Made by a program: the position numbers and the translations under genes. A stretch of DNA of 64,000 bases from a candidate division WOR-3 bacterium (lineage in GTDB: Bacteria; Hydrothermota; Hydrothermia; Hydrothermales; JAJRUZ01): positions 6,480 through 70,479 of the forward strand of contig JAJRUZ010000021.1 in the NCBI GenBank assembly GCA_024277525.1, read 5' to 3'. Below, one piece after another: positions 19,565-29,982 of this stretch. The notes beneath the pieces were generated by a model. It saw nothing but the letters and a program-made list of their open reading frames with translations, ran no database searches and was not told the DNA's origin. Position 1 is the stretch's first letter; every line of letters starts with the position of its first letter.

Positions 19565-22135
19565 CTAAAATCTTATTTTTAGAGTCAGGATTTCAAAAGG
19601 TTTAACATTCAATTCAACTGTCTTACCTGATAATTTTACCTTCCTCCTGTCATTTATTTCTTCTTCCAGCAAATTACATAATTTAACTTTTTTCGGTTTT
19701 TTGAAAAATTTAATTTTTGTTGTGGTATTTCTACCTTCTGCTTCATAAAGCCTCAAAATAATATCCCTACCTTCTTCTGATTTTTTAAGTGCGCTTAATA
19801 TTACATTTAAAGGAGTTATTGTAATAAAAGAATTCTTTACCCTATATTTTTTGCTTCTCGGGAGTTGCAGAGAAATGAGTCTCTGATTAAATTCCCATCC
19901 TTGTAAATAACTTTTTGCCTTTTTCCAATTTCCTTCATGAGGATATACCGCATATTCAAATATATGTTTGCCTTTTTCCATTGCCTCCGGAACGGGAATA
20001 ACAGGACCTGCTCTTCCATCAGAGGACAAAGTATCAACGCCCCTTAAAAGTGTTAAATATATACAATTATCCCTTACCTCATTCTCGGGGTTGCCTTTGT
20101 TGATTACGGTTATCCCTTTGGCTCCATCATTTACATCAATCCACCTTAAAGAGGGGTATACACCGGAGGGTTTCTCCCTCCATTCCTCTGCCTTAAAATA
20201 ATATAAATCTTTTTTTCTCTTTACAGCACCGAATTGCGACTCACAGATGTAGTTTTTAATAACAAAGGCAGGTTTAAACCTGACTCTTAATCTGATTCTC
20301 GGGTGATCATTTTCAACCTCTGTTACAAAATCTATTCTCGGTAAATCCCTGTAAATTATAATTTTTTTCTTAATGGTTAAAAATTTATGCCTCCATATCC
20401 TGGGCTTTAACTTATGAACCAACCTGTAAGGCCATCTTAAAGAATAATATTCTGTCTCAACTTCAATAACCGCCCTTAAATGGTTCCTTTTTACATGAAT
20501 ATCTTTCAATTTAAATGAGCCGTATTTAATTCCCTCTCCGCTTTCTGTCTTTAAAGGTCCCTTGAAACTTTCTTTATGATGGTACAAATCCCCTATCTCT
20601 TCATCAATCACAATCTCATTGCCGGAAAAAATCTCCTTTCCGTCTTTTACCACTCTTATAAGACCGGTTTCAAGGGAGAAAATAACTTTGAAAAATTTGT
20701 TTTCAATAGTATTTCCCTTTAATCTCAGATAATTTCCGTTGTGTTTCTTTTCTTTTTTTCTTTTCTTTTCGAGGATTCTATAAACTCTATAACCGAGCGA
20801 AGGAACATTTGCAATAAATCCTATTTTTGCCTTTCTGATTGAATCATCTTCAAATCTTGAAACTTTAAAAACTTCAATTTCTATTTCTTCTCCATCTGAT
20901 TCAAGTGCCTCTATATCGTATATATCTCCGCGCATAAAGCTCATCTCAATCTCAATCCAGTTTTTAACAGGAAAAGAAAGGGGATTGAAAATTACAATAT
21001 CACCATTAAATTTTTCATCAGAATCCGTATAAACGATTGATTCAAAAATTCCGGGTTCAATCCTGTTTAAATGTGTTTCAAGAACCTTAATGTGGTCTTT
21101 TACTTCTTTATAACAATCGTCCATTCCTGTACCGGGTGTTACATCATGGAATGCAAGAAAAAGAACCTTTTTCCAGAGATTTTTCAATTCAATCGGGTAA
21201 TTTTTTGTAAATAAGTAATTGATGGTTGAGAACTTTTCAAAAGATAAAACCCTGTTTTCATATTTTCTCAAATTCTTTTTTATCCATATTCTTGTTGAAG
21301 CAACATCAGGAAAAATTTGTGAGTATTTTCCGGAATACATTTCTCCCTTTATAACAGGGAGTTTATCCTTAAATTCCTCGAGTTTTTCAAAAAACTCGGA
21401 CGGGGTTGAAATTTTTATTTCGGAATTTTTATGAACTTTATTCCATTTTTTAACTATTTCACATGTTTCATCCTGAGGTAATGTAACCCCGCTTCCGGAG
21501 GGCATTAAAATATAATTTGTGGCTGCAAGTTTTTTTAATTTTTTATAACTTTCGTGAATTTTGCTTAAATCAAGACCAGCCCTGTATCCGAGCGGCATGA
21601 AATGTGTCAAAATTCGTGAACCGTCTAAAGCTTCCCAAAGAAACTCCGAAGGTTTATTCTTAGGTGCGCCCCTTCGGAATGCCAGGTATTTATAGCCTGA
21701 TTTGACATAAATTTGCGGTAATTGGGCATTTAAACCGAAACTGTCCGCCTGCCACATTACTTTCACATTGACACCGAATTTATCTTTTATATATTTTTTA
21801 CCGACAAGAATTTCCCTGATAAGGGTTTCTCCTTGGGGAATCATTAAATCCGCCATAAGATATTCTCCATCCGCAATCTCAATTCTTCCTTCTTTAACAT
21901 ATTTTACCAATTTTTTAAATATTTCGGGGTATCTTCTTTCAACTTCTTCTAAGAGATATGTTTGTTCCAAGAGGAATTTGTAATCATCGGTTTTTTCAAT
22001 TAATTCAACAGCTTTTTTGAGAATCAATTCAATATTTATATAAAAATAATCCTCTTTTGTAAAAACCCACACAGCATCATAGTGGGTATGAGGACAAAGA
22101 AATATTACATCTTTTTTATTTTTCTTCATAGTCAA
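19565..22135 (-). CDS. Glycoside hydrolase family 38 alpha-mannosidase (candidate mannosylglycerate hydrolase)
   Basis: 856 aa. N-terminal GH38 metal-site motif FLCPHTHYDAVW (HxHxD..W). Catalytic-region motif WQADSFGLNAQLPQI (WxxDxFG). Size typical of bacterial GH38. Confidence 0.75.
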   Translation of the reverse strand: MTMKKNKKDVIFLCPHTHYDAVWVFTKEDYFYINIELILKKAVELIEKTDDYKFLLEQTYLLEEVERRYPEIFKKLVKYVKEGRIEIADGEYLMADLMIPQGETLIREILVGKKYIKDKFGVNVKVMWQADSFGLNAQLPQIYVKSGYKYLAFRRGAPKNKPSEFLWEALDGSRILTHFMPLGYRAGLDLSKIHESYKKLKKLAATNYILMPSGSGVTLPQDETCEIVKKWNKVHKNSEIKISTPSEFFEKLEEFKDKLPVIKGEMYSGKYSQIFPDVASTRIWIKKNLRKYENRVLSFEKFSTINYLFTKNYPIELKNLWKKVLFLAFHDVTPGTGMDDCYKEVKDHIKVLETHLNRIEPGIFESIVYTDSDEKFNGDIVIFNPLSFPVKNWIEIEMSFMRGDIYDIEALESDGEEIEIEVFKVSRFEDDSIRKAKIGFIANVPSLGYRVYRILEKKRKKEKKHNGNYLRLKGNTIENKFFKVIFSLETGLIRVVKDGKEIFSGNEIVIDEEIGDLYHHKESFKGPLKTESGEGIKYGSFKLKDIHVKRNHLRAVIEVETEYYSLRWPYRLVHKLKPRIWRHKFLTIKKKIIIYRDLPRIDFVTEVENDHPRIRLRVRFKPAFVIKNYICESQFGAVKRKKDLYYFKAEEWREKPSGVYPSLRWIDVNDGAKGITVINKGNPENEVRDNCIYLTLLRGVDTLSSDGRAGPVIPVPEAMEKGKHIFEYAVYPHEGNWKKAKSYLQGWEFNQRLISLQLPRSKKYRVKNSFITITPLNVILSALKKSEEGRDIILRLYEAEGRNTTTKIKFFKKPKKVKLCNLLEEEINDRRKVKLSGKTVELNVKPFEILTLKIRF

Positions 22136-22952
22136 AAATTATAAATTTTTTTATAACACAAATCCAACCCTCCGGCCCGATCCCGTCTGCCTTGAATAAG
22201 TCAGGGATTTTAATATCAGCCCATCCACCATCCGGATTTTTAACAAGTGCCTTTATTGAGCATGCCCTTAACATCGGCTCATCGGTGTAGTAATTCCCTA
22301 TCCCGATTGTAATGATATTTTTATTGAAATATTTTTTGTATAAATCTGCGAGGATTTTAACCGCTTTTCCCTTATCTGCATTTTTCCCGAATACATGAAT
22401 AAATCTCCCTCCTATTACAACATTATATTTATCTTTCAAAATTTCAATTGCTTCCTCATCTGCTTCTACCACGGTCTCCGAAAATTCCCTTTCTTTTGCC
22501 AATTTTGCGGAACTTAAATCAAGTCCGGTAATTTTTGCTACTTCTTCAATGCTTAAATCAGCATAACCTTTTATTTTATATCTTTTTTGAATTTTCTTTA
22601 TATCTTTAATTATGTTTTCATATTTATCACCCAATATAATCCTTTCATATCCCTTATAAATTTCTCCTGTTCTTTCAGGAAAATAACCCTTAGGAATGTA
22701 TATTGCTGAGCCATCTTCAACTATAAAAGGATGATTTATTTCAAATTTTTTTAAATAAACCTCCTGTTCTGCTCTTGTTTTCCCCGAACAAAATATTACA
22801 GGAATTTTATTTTTTATTTTGTTTAACAAATTCAATGCATTTCCGGGTGAGTAATTTTCATCGAGTAAAGTGCCGTCTAAATCCGTAAAAACTACGAAAT
22901 GTTTCCCAATATTACTAATGTTTCTGTTTCCTTTTTTAAGGTGTCTATCCAT
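22116..22952 (-). CDS. mpgP: Mannosyl-3-phosphoglycerate phosphatase (HAD-IIB family)
   Basis: 278 aa. HAD motif [11 protein letters not shown]. Cof/MPGP-like architecture. Immediately downstream of mpgS. The track start overlaps mpgS by 61 nt in another frame, so the true start may be internal. Confidence 0.65.
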   Translation of the reverse strand: MDRHLKKGNRNISNIGKHFVVFTDLDGTLLDENYSPGNALNLLNKIKNKIPVIFCSGKTRAEQEVYLKKFEINHPFIVEDGSAIYIPKGYFPERTGEIYKGYERIILGDKYENIIKDIKKIQKRYKIKGYADLSIEEVAKITGLDLSSAKLAKEREFSETVVEADEEAIEILKDKYNVVIGGRFIHVFGKNADKGKAVKILADLYKKYFNKNIITIGIGNYYTDEPMLRACSIKALVKNPDGGWADIKIPDLFKADGIGPEGWICVIKKFIIFDYEEK

Positions 22953-24067
22953 TTTTTAATATCTATATCTTTAATAGGTGGTAAGACCTCTGGTTTCGGA
23001 ACTTCCTTTCCTACTTTTATATCGTTTATTTGAAGTTGTTTTAAAATTCTATCCCTTATGTTATCCGTGCATAATTTGCTGTTATAAATTGTTGATAATG
23101 ACATTAAAACCATGTTTTTAACATGCTCATCTCCTTTTTCTTCATGAATATGCGGATTTAAAGTTTCAATTTGATAGACTTCAATCTTTTCTCCGGGTAT
23201 CTGAGGTTTTCTTTCTTCAAGTATGTTTTCAAGCAAGAATACAATTTGATAAGGCTCTATTGAAAAACCTGTTGAAAATTCCATAATTTCTGCAAGCTTT
23301 ATGCTCATGGCATGTTCTCCTGCATTGCCTGTTACGATTATGTTGGTTTCAAAGCCTGTATGCTCTGCTATTAATAAATTTAAAAATCTATTCGTAATTT
23401 CACTCACTCTACCCCATTTGGAAAAATAGAGCCTTTTTTTCCTTACCTTAGGTTTGTGTCTCCAGGAAAGTCTCACCATTGTATACTCACTTTCACTCAT
23501 TAAAAAGCCTGCCGAAAAGTCTTTAACATATTCATTTACAGAACCCGGAATATAATTATCTGCATCAATGAAACCGACATATTTTTTACCGATATATTTT
23601 GCGAGTAACATCCCGACTATCATTGCTTCCCCTTTTCCGTCTTTCACAAATCCTTCCTTATCAAGGATATGTTTAAACCCTACTTTTTTAAATGCTTTAC
23701 CCAGCCCCGGATCCTTTTGATGAATTACAATTATTTTTGCATTTGTCAAAGAGTATAAATGTTTTGCAAGTTCAACTTCCATTTTGAAGTTATTGGGCGA
23801 TTCTTTCTTACTTCCCGAGACAATTATTATCGGACACTTATGAGGGATTGCTTTTAAAACACCGTCAAGCAGAAAAATTCTCTCATCTTTGGTAGGAACT
23901 ATTACAGCCAATTCTCCGAGAACTTTTGAAATTTTCTCTCTCGGAATATTACTTATTAAAGAACTTTCAACAAACTCTGTTTCACTATCAAGTTTTATAA
24001 CTTTTTGAACTTCATGAAATACCACATTACCGAATATTTCCTTATAAACTGTTGTTTCAAGTATCAT
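22892..24067 (-). CDS. mpgS: Mannosyl-3-phosphoglycerate synthase (GT55 / Osmo_MPGsynth family)
   Basis: 391 aa. Near-collinear similarity, from memory, to Pyrococcus/Thermus MpgS ([27 protein letters not shown]...[96 protein letters not shown]). Size matches Thermus MpgS. Confidence 0.75.
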   Translation of the reverse strand: MILETTVYKEIFGNVVFHEVQKVIKLDSETEFVESSLISNIPREKISKVLGELAVIVPTKDERIFLLDGVLKAIPHKCPIIIVSGSKKESPNNFKMEVELAKHLYSLTNAKIIVIHQKDPGLGKAFKKVGFKHILDKEGFVKDGKGEAMIVGMLLAKYIGKKYVGFIDADNYIPGSVNEYVKDFSAGFLMSESEYTMVRLSWRHKPKVRKKRLYFSKWGRVSEITNRFLNLLIAEHTGFETNIIVTGNAGEHAMSIKLAEIMEFSTGFSIEPYQIVFLLENILEERKPQIPGEKIEVYQIETLNPHIHEEKGDEHVKNMVLMSLSTIYNSKLCTDNIRDRILKQLQINDIKVGKEVPKPEVLPPIKDIDIKKWIDTLKKETETLVILGNIS

Positions 24068-24108
24068 GTTTTTAAATTTTAAAGTAAAACTATTTCAAAA
24101 ATCAATTG

Positions 24109-27100
24109 TCATCTTTTTAAGAATTTTTTCTGAACAATGAGATACATTGCGGGAATGAATATTAAACTTATTAAAAGTGAAAAGAAGAGTCCTCCTATAA
24201 CTGCGGTTGCAAGCGGTCTCCATGTCTCAGAACCTTCTCCCTTGAATATTGCAAGGGGCATAAGACCCATAATGGTTGTAAAACTTGTGATTAAAATCGG
24301 TCTGAACCTTCTTAAAGCCCCTTCTTTAACAGCCTCTAATACATTCTTTCCTCCTATTCTTTTCTTTTCAACATAATCAAGCATAACAATCGCATTGTTT
24401 ACAACAATTCCAATCATCATTATCAGTCCCACAAAAGAAGGTATTGAAAAAGGCAAATTCCTTAAATAATGGATAATTGCAACCCCTGTTATTCCTGAGG
24501 GTACAGTGAACATTATTATAAAAGGCAAAAGAAAAGATTCAAATTGTGCAGCCATTACAAGGTAAACAAGTAGAATCCCTATTAAAAAGGCAAAAAATAA
24601 TGTTTTAAACGATTTTACCTGTTCTTCCGTTAAACCACCGAATTCAACCCTGAATTCTCCGTGATTCCCGAGAACAGACTTTAACTTTTTCAAAAGTTCC
24701 TTTTTTATCTCACCCAAAGGTCTTCCGGAAGATTCAGCCTGAACCTTGATCACCCTTTCTTTGTTTTCTCTTTCAATAGAAAGAGGAGCATAACTTTTTT
24801 TAATTTTAAATAAATTTTTCATATATATTTTTCTATCACCCAGAGGAAAGGAAATAAAAGGTAAAAATTCTTTTCTTTTTCTGTATTTATCTTCCATGAC
24901 TATTTTGATGTCAAGCTCCTTTTTACCTATTCTGAATGTCCCTACCTTATCACCGAAATTCAGGGTTCTTAAATATAGTCCCAGAATTGAGGAATAAAGC
25001 CCGATTTGAGCGATTCTTTCCCTGTAGGGAATCAAAGAAATTTCGGGTAATCCCTTTTCCCTTGTTAATCTTATACTCCTGACTCCTTCGGTTTTCTCTA
25101 AAATTTCTTTAATATAATCCGCAATTGAATCCGTTATCCTGAAGTTTTCTCCGTAAACTTTTATTTCAATAGGAGCACCGAACCCCTGAATTAAATGTTG
25201 AATAGCACCTGTTGTAAGAATTGAATAAGATTTTATTCCGGGTATTTTTTTAATTTTATTTTCAATCTCATCCACAATTTGGAAGATACTTCTTTCTCTT
25301 TCTCCTGGTCTTCCTGCAAATGAATAGAAAAAACCGGTGTTTTCTCCCTCAACAAATCCCATTATTCCCGTGAAACCGGACTCGCTTCTCCCGGTTCTGA
25401 CCGTATAAGTTTTTATCTCCGGAATTTCCTTAAATATGTTTTCTATTTTTCTTGATACAGAATCCGTGACAGAAAGTTTTGTACCGGGTGGCAAGGTGAA
25501 ATTACCCCTTATTTCACCAGAATCTGATTCAGGAAAGAACTCCGTTTTTACAAACCCTCCAAAGAACAAAAAAAGACCGAAAAAGAAAAAGAGAATTCCG
25601 AAAATAAGGGTTAAATATGCATGCCTCAATGAAACTGAAAGAATTTTTTCATAAAGATTTTTAATATATTCAAATCCTTTATATAACAATCCTTTTTTAG
25701 GGGGTACTTTTCTTATTAATATTCTGGAAAGGGTCGGGGTAAGTGTAATACTTACAATTAAAGAGGTTAAAAGCACCACCGTAACCGTCATTGCAAGTTG
25801 TCTGAACATAACCCCTACAAAACCTGTTCCTATCACAAGCGGACCGAATATCGCAATTGTGGTAAGTGTGGAAGCAAGAATCGGGGCAAAAACTTGGCCG
25901 GCTCCTTTAAAGGCTGCATTCAATTTGTCCTCTCCTTCCTCTCTTCTGAAAAATATATTTTCAAGAACAACAACCGCGTTATCAACTACCATTCCTGCTG
26001 CAAGTGCAAGTGATGACAAAGAAACGATGTTTATTGAACCGCCTGTCAATTTGAGTAAAATGAAACCTGCAAACAGGGAAAAGGGAATTGTAAGGGCTAT
26101 TACAAAGCTGGATGAAAAGTTTCTTAAAAATAGGAGTGTCACAAGGAATATAAATAAAATTGCCCAATAAATGGTTCCTGTTAAATTTTGAATTGAGGCT
26201 TTTATAAACCGCGAAAAATCATTCACTATCTTTACCTTTATCCCCGGGTAATTCTTGATTATTTTTTTAATTTCTTTTTTGACCCTTTCCGCAACTTCCA
26301 CAGTATTTGCTCCTGATTGCTTCATTATTCCGAATATAAGAGAAGGAGTGCCCTCTGTTCTCACATAATTTATGGGATCATTATAAGAAATTTTCACATC
26401 CGCAATATCTCCGATTTTGTACACTCCTTTTCCCTTTATAAAAATATGTACATTTTTTATATCTTCTATTGATTTAAATTTTGAATTCACTTTAACAGCA
26501 ATTGATGAAAACTTATCCTGAACGTTCCCGATGGGTATATTAAGATTCTCACGCATAAGTGCTTCTTTTATCATGAAAGGTGTAATGCCCAATTCTTCTA
26601 TATATCTTTTTTTCAGTTCTATTTTTACTATTTCTTTTTTCCCGCCTCCCCAAAATTGAACATCTCCGACTCCCGGAATCCTCTTTAATCTTTCAGCCAC
26701 TTCTTTTTCAAAAAATGTTCTTAAATCAAACGAGGTATCCTTAAGTGTAAAAGCTCCTATCATTATAGGAATCTGTGATAAAGCAAATTTAAGGACTTTT
26801 GGTGTTTCTGCGTCTTCGGGTAAATAATATTTTGCTATCTCCAGGGTGGTTCTTATATCATCCACGGCTTTATCAATATTTGTTCCCCAATCAAAATTTA
26901 CGGTTACAACAGAAACATCCTGCATTGATAAGGATCTTATTTTTGTAACATTGGGTACGGTTGAAACAGCGTCTTCTATAGGTTTTGTGACCTCTTCTTC
27001 AATCTCTTCCGGGGATGCACCCGGTCTCAATGTAATTATACTCGCCATGGGTATGCTTATATCAGGGAACATATCCAACGGTAGCACCCTTATTGAAAAT

Positions 27101-27171
27101 GTTCCTATAAGAAAAAGAGCTGAGTATAGAGAAAAGGTTAAGATCGGTCTTTTTACAAAAAACTTTATCAT
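24109..27171 (-). CDS. RND efflux transporter (HAE1/AcrB family)
   Basis: 1020 aa, 12 TM helices with two large periplasmic loops. N-terminus MIKFFVKRPILTFSLYSALFLIG...LPLDMFPDI is typical of AcrB-family pumps. Confidence 0.9.
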   Translation of the reverse strand: MIKFFVKRPILTFSLYSALFLIGTFSIRVLPLDMFPDISIPMASIITLRPGASPEEIEEEVTKPIEDAVSTVPNVTKIRSLSMQDVSVVTVNFDWGTNIDKAVDDIRTTLEIAKYYLPEDAETPKVLKFALSQIPIMIGAFTLKDTSFDLRTFFEKEVAERLKRIPGVGDVQFWGGGKKEIVKIELKKRYIEELGITPFMIKEALMRENLNIPIGNVQDKFSSIAVKVNSKFKSIEDIKNVHIFIKGKGVYKIGDIADVKISYNDPINYVRTEGTPSLIFGIMKQSGANTVEVAERVKKEIKKIIKNYPGIKVKIVNDFSRFIKASIQNLTGTIYWAILFIFLVTLLFLRNFSSSFVIALTIPFSLFAGFILLKLTGGSINIVSLSSLALAAGMVVDNAVVVLENIFFRREEGEDKLNAAFKGAGQVFAPILASTLTTIAIFGPLVIGTGFVGVMFRQLAMTVTVVLLTSLIVSITLTPTLSRILIRKVPPKKGLLYKGFEYIKNLYEKILSVSLRHAYLTLIFGILFFFFGLFLFFGGFVKTEFFPESDSGEIRGNFTLPPGTKLSVTDSVSRKIENIFKEIPEIKTYTVRTGRSESGFTGIMGFVEGENTGFFYSFAGRPGERERSIFQIVDEIENKIKKIPGIKSYSILTTGAIQHLIQGFGAPIEIKVYGENFRITDSIADYIKEILEKTEGVRSIRLTREKGLPEISLIPYRERIAQIGLYSSILGLYLRTLNFGDKVGTFRIGKKELDIKIVMEDKYRKRKEFLPFISFPLGDRKIYMKNLFKIKKSYAPLSIERENKERVIKVQAESSGRPLGEIKKELLKKLKSVLGNHGEFRVEFGGLTEEQVKSFKTLFFAFLIGILLVYLVMAAQFESFLLPFIIMFTVPSGITGVAIIHYLRNLPFSIPSFVGLIMMIGIVVNNAIVMLDYVEKKRIGGKNVLEAVKEGALRRFRPILITSFTTIMGLMPLAIFKGEGSETWRPLATAVIGGLFFSLLISLIFIPAMYLIVQKKFLKR

Positions 27172-27172
27172 T

Positions 27173-28027
27173 TTATCCCCCCTTTATAATTTCAACCTTA
27201 TCTCCCTCTTTTAAAACTTCTGTACCTTTAAAAACAACTGTATCATTTTCATTCAAACCTTTTATTATTTCTATATATCCGTCTGACTCTATACCTGTAA
27301 TAACGGGTACTCTTCTTGCAACTCCATTTTTTACAACAAACACAAATCTTTTTGCGGTTCCGAGAACACATCTTGCGGGTAATTTTAAAATGTTTTTCTT
27401 TCTTAAAACAGATAACCTGACCTCACAGGGTGTGCCGGGTAGAATTTTTGTCGATGGTTTAAATATAACCTCAAAATTGAAATTACCGGTAAAGGGATCA
27501 GAAGCATAACTCACATCATTTATGACCCCTTTGTAAATAAGGGAATCTATGATTACTTTTACAACTTTCCCCTTTTTTATATGTTTTGCATAATCGGAAG
27601 GGAGTGAAAGTTTGATTTTATACTTCTTATCTCCGAATATTCGGGCAAGGGGTTTATTGGGCGGGATAAACTCACCGATGTCATATTTAAAATAAGATAT
27701 TCTACCCGAAACAGGAGCTTCTATCTTAACCGGCTCGAACTTTAATCCGAATTCCCTTCTTTCGAGAAGTAAAATAACTTCTCCCTTTTTAACGAATTCT
27801 CCCTCTTTTTTTAATTTCTTATAATAGTATCCCGGAACACGTGTGTATACCAATACATCCGGAATACCTTCAACCTTTCCGGATAGTGTAATTTTTAAAT
27901 CCATATCACCCCTTACGGGATTTATAACGGTAACAGGGATTTTTGCTTCTTCTTTATTTTTTATTTCTTTTACTTTTTTACAGGAAATATTTAATAAAAA
28001 AAGAAGTAAAACCGTATATTTTTTCAT
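27173..28027 (-). CDS. RND efflux membrane fusion (periplasmic adaptor) protein
   Basis: 284 aa, signal/lipoprotein-like N-terminus. Barrel-sandwich/lipoyl and beta-barrel segments (…VEGIPDVLVYTRVPGYY…, …VPVITGIESDGYIEI…). Operon position between the OMF and RND genes. Confidence 0.8.
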   Translation of the reverse strand: MKKYTVLLLFLLNISCKKVKEIKNKEEAKIPVTVINPVRGDMDLKITLSGKVEGIPDVLVYTRVPGYYYKKLKKEGEFVKKGEVILLLERREFGLKFEPVKIEAPVSGRISYFKYDIGEFIPPNKPLARIFGDKKYKIKLSLPSDYAKHIKKGKVVKVIIDSLIYKGVINDVSYASDPFTGNFNFEVIFKPSTKILPGTPCEVRLSVLRKKNILKLPARCVLGTAKRFVFVVKNGVARRVPVITGIESDGYIEIIKGLNENDTVVFKGTEVLKEGDKVEIIKGG

Positions 28028-28038
28028 ATATCACCTCC

Positions 28039-29325
28039 TTAAAGGTTCAAATTAGCACCATAAAGGGTTGATTCATACCTTATTTTGGCTTCTTTGAGTT
28101 TTGAAAGAGATTTTAAATACAATATTTCTGCTTCAAGGTTTCTTCTGACAGCATCAAGAAAATCCGTATTTGAAATGAATCCTTTTTCATATTGAGATTT
28201 GGATATTTCAAGGGATTTACGGGCTAGTTCAAGCATCTTTTTTGCTGCCTTAAAGCCCTTTAAAGCGGATTCAAATTCTTCTTTTGCAGAAATTATCTCC
28301 TCTTCTGCATTCTTTTTTAAAAATTCGAGGGTGTACAATAATGCTTTTCTATCCGCTTCTTTCTTTCTTATTTCATTCCATCTTTTTCCGAAGTCAAAAA
28401 TATCCAGGGAAATACCGATGAAATATTTATAATAACCTCCCCATTCATCCTTGAAAAACCCGTAAGGTCTTCCGTATATATAATTTATAGAACCGTATAT
28501 TTTCGGGAGAAAGGAAGAATATTCTGTTTTTTTATTGTATTCCAGCATTTTTAAATTATCTTTCAATATTTCAATGTCAATTCTTTTTTCTTTTTTTTCT
28601 TGAAAAACAGTATCGGGTTGTAGACTGTCAGACAGTATTATTTCTTCATCTGCCGGAATATTACAGAGGGCTTTTAAGGAGGAGAGCACCTTTACATAAC
28701 ACTTTTCAAATTCAGCAAGTTGGGATTCCACTCTTTTTTTCTCGGCTTCACTTCTCAAGATGTCAAGTTCAAGTGCAAAACCTGCTTTATATCTCTTTTT
28801 TGCAACCTCTGTGTGTTCGTCGATTATTTCAATTATTTCTCTATATTTTTTTATTGCGTATTTTAGAAACAAGCCCTGAGTGTAAAGCATTCTTACACTC
28901 AATTCCATTTCTTTTTGCTTTAATTCTTTTTCTTTTAATTTAGAATTTTTGAGGGCATTCAGCATTTTTAAAAGGTATACTCTCTGTAAGCCCGAAAATA
29001 AAAGCCACTCAAGGGAGGCATTAAAAGTTTTTCTTTCGGGTTTACCGAATTCAAATTCAACAACCTTAAAGATGGGTTCAAATGTAACAGGATCAATACC
29101 TACAACTACCTTCTGGGTCATTTTATCAACAAAAGTTGAATATGAATAGGAGAAAGATGATTTTAATTGAGGAAAGAAAGAGGAAAGAATTTCTTTTTTT
29201 TGATAGTTTACGGATTTTGTTTCTTCAATTTTTGCTTTTATAAGGGGGTTTTGGAATACTCTCTTTACCGCTTCTTCTTCTGATAGACTTATTTGGGACA
29301 GGATTATTAAGAAAAGACCCAACAT
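28039..29325 (-). CDS. Outer membrane efflux protein (TolC-like OMF)
   Basis: 428 aa with a signal peptide and two repeated coiled-coil/beta segments characteristic of the OEP family. First structural gene of the tetR-OMF-MFP-RND operon. Confidence 0.8.
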   Translation of the reverse strand: MLGLFLIILSQISLSEEEAVKRVFQNPLIKAKIEETKSVNYQKKEILSSFFPQLKSSFSYSYSTFVDKMTQKVVVGIDPVTFEPIFKVVEFEFGKPERKTFNASLEWLLFSGLQRVYLLKMLNALKNSKLKEKELKQKEMELSVRMLYTQGLFLKYAIKKYREIIEIIDEHTEVAKKRYKAGFALELDILRSEAEKKRVESQLAEFEKCYVKVLSSLKALCNIPADEEIILSDSLQPDTVFQEKKEKRIDIEILKDNLKMLEYNKKTEYSSFLPKIYGSINYIYGRPYGFFKDEWGGYYKYFIGISLDIFDFGKRWNEIRKKEADRKALLYTLEFLKKNAEEEIISAKEEFESALKGFKAAKKMLELARKSLEISKSQYEKGFISNTDFLDAVRRNLEAEILYLKSLSKLKEAKIRYESTLYGANLNL

Positions 29326-29326
29326 T

Positions 29327-29896
29327 TTAGACCTCCTTTATTTTCAACAAATTCTCAATATAAATCCATGTTTTTTCAAAAGGAACTTCTTTACCGAAGA
29401 ATATGTCAGCCATTGCTGAGGCTCTTATCATTCCCATAATTATGACCGCATCGGAGTAAGGGGATTGCAGGTTTTTGAAAATTCCTTTTTTCTTTCCTTC
29501 TTTTAAGATACTTTCAATTTCCGTTAAAATTTTTCTGATGCGGGGCAGAATGAGTTTTATAATTTCCTCTCCTATTTCCCCCGGCCATAATCTTATTGCA
29601 CTTTCAAAGTATTTTCTTTTTTTCTTCAGATTTTCATAAAAAAGATAAAGTATTTTTTTTAATTTTTTTTCCGGTTCTTTTTCTTTTTTAAGTATTTTTT
29701 TCATTTTTGAATAGAATTTTTCAAATTCATTTATTATAGAAGAGAAGAAGAGTTCTTTTTTGTTTTTGAAGTACAGGTATACTGTGCCTTTTGCGATTCC
29801 TGCTTTTTTTGCAATATCTTCTATTCGGGCTTTATAAAAGCCCTTTTCAATGAATACATTTAAGGCGGATTCGAGTATTTTGTTTTTTACATTCAT
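29327..29896 (-). CDS. TetR/AcrR family transcriptional regulator
   Basis: 189 aa. N-terminal HTH ARIEDIAKKAGIAKGTVYLYFKNKKELF. Directly upstream of the efflux operon, cotranscribed. Confidence 0.85.
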   Translation of the reverse strand: MNVKNKILESALNVFIEKGFYKARIEDIAKKAGIAKGTVYLYFKNKKELFFSSIINEFEKFYSKMKKILKKEKEPEKKLKKILYLFYENLKKKRKYFESAIRLWPGEIGEEIIKLILPRIRKILTEIESILKEGKKKGIFKNLQSPYSDAVIIMGMIRASAMADIFFGKEVPFEKTWIYIENLLKIKEV

Positions 29897-29897
29897 T

Positions 29898-29915
29898 TGA
29901 CTGACCGTTCAGTCA
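29898..29915. promoter_or_regulatory. Palindromic operator candidate (TGACTGA-ccgt-TCAGTCA) abutting the tetR start codon
   Basis: 7-bp perfect inverted repeat with a 4-nt spacer, located 2 nt upstream of the tetR ATG (complement of 29894-29896). Position is typical for TetR autoregulatory operators. Confidence 0.4.
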
Positions 29916-29982
29916 TTATTATACCATGAAATTTTTGAAAATGCAAATTGAAAAATTTCTTGTTTTTCTTTAAAATTTTTTA

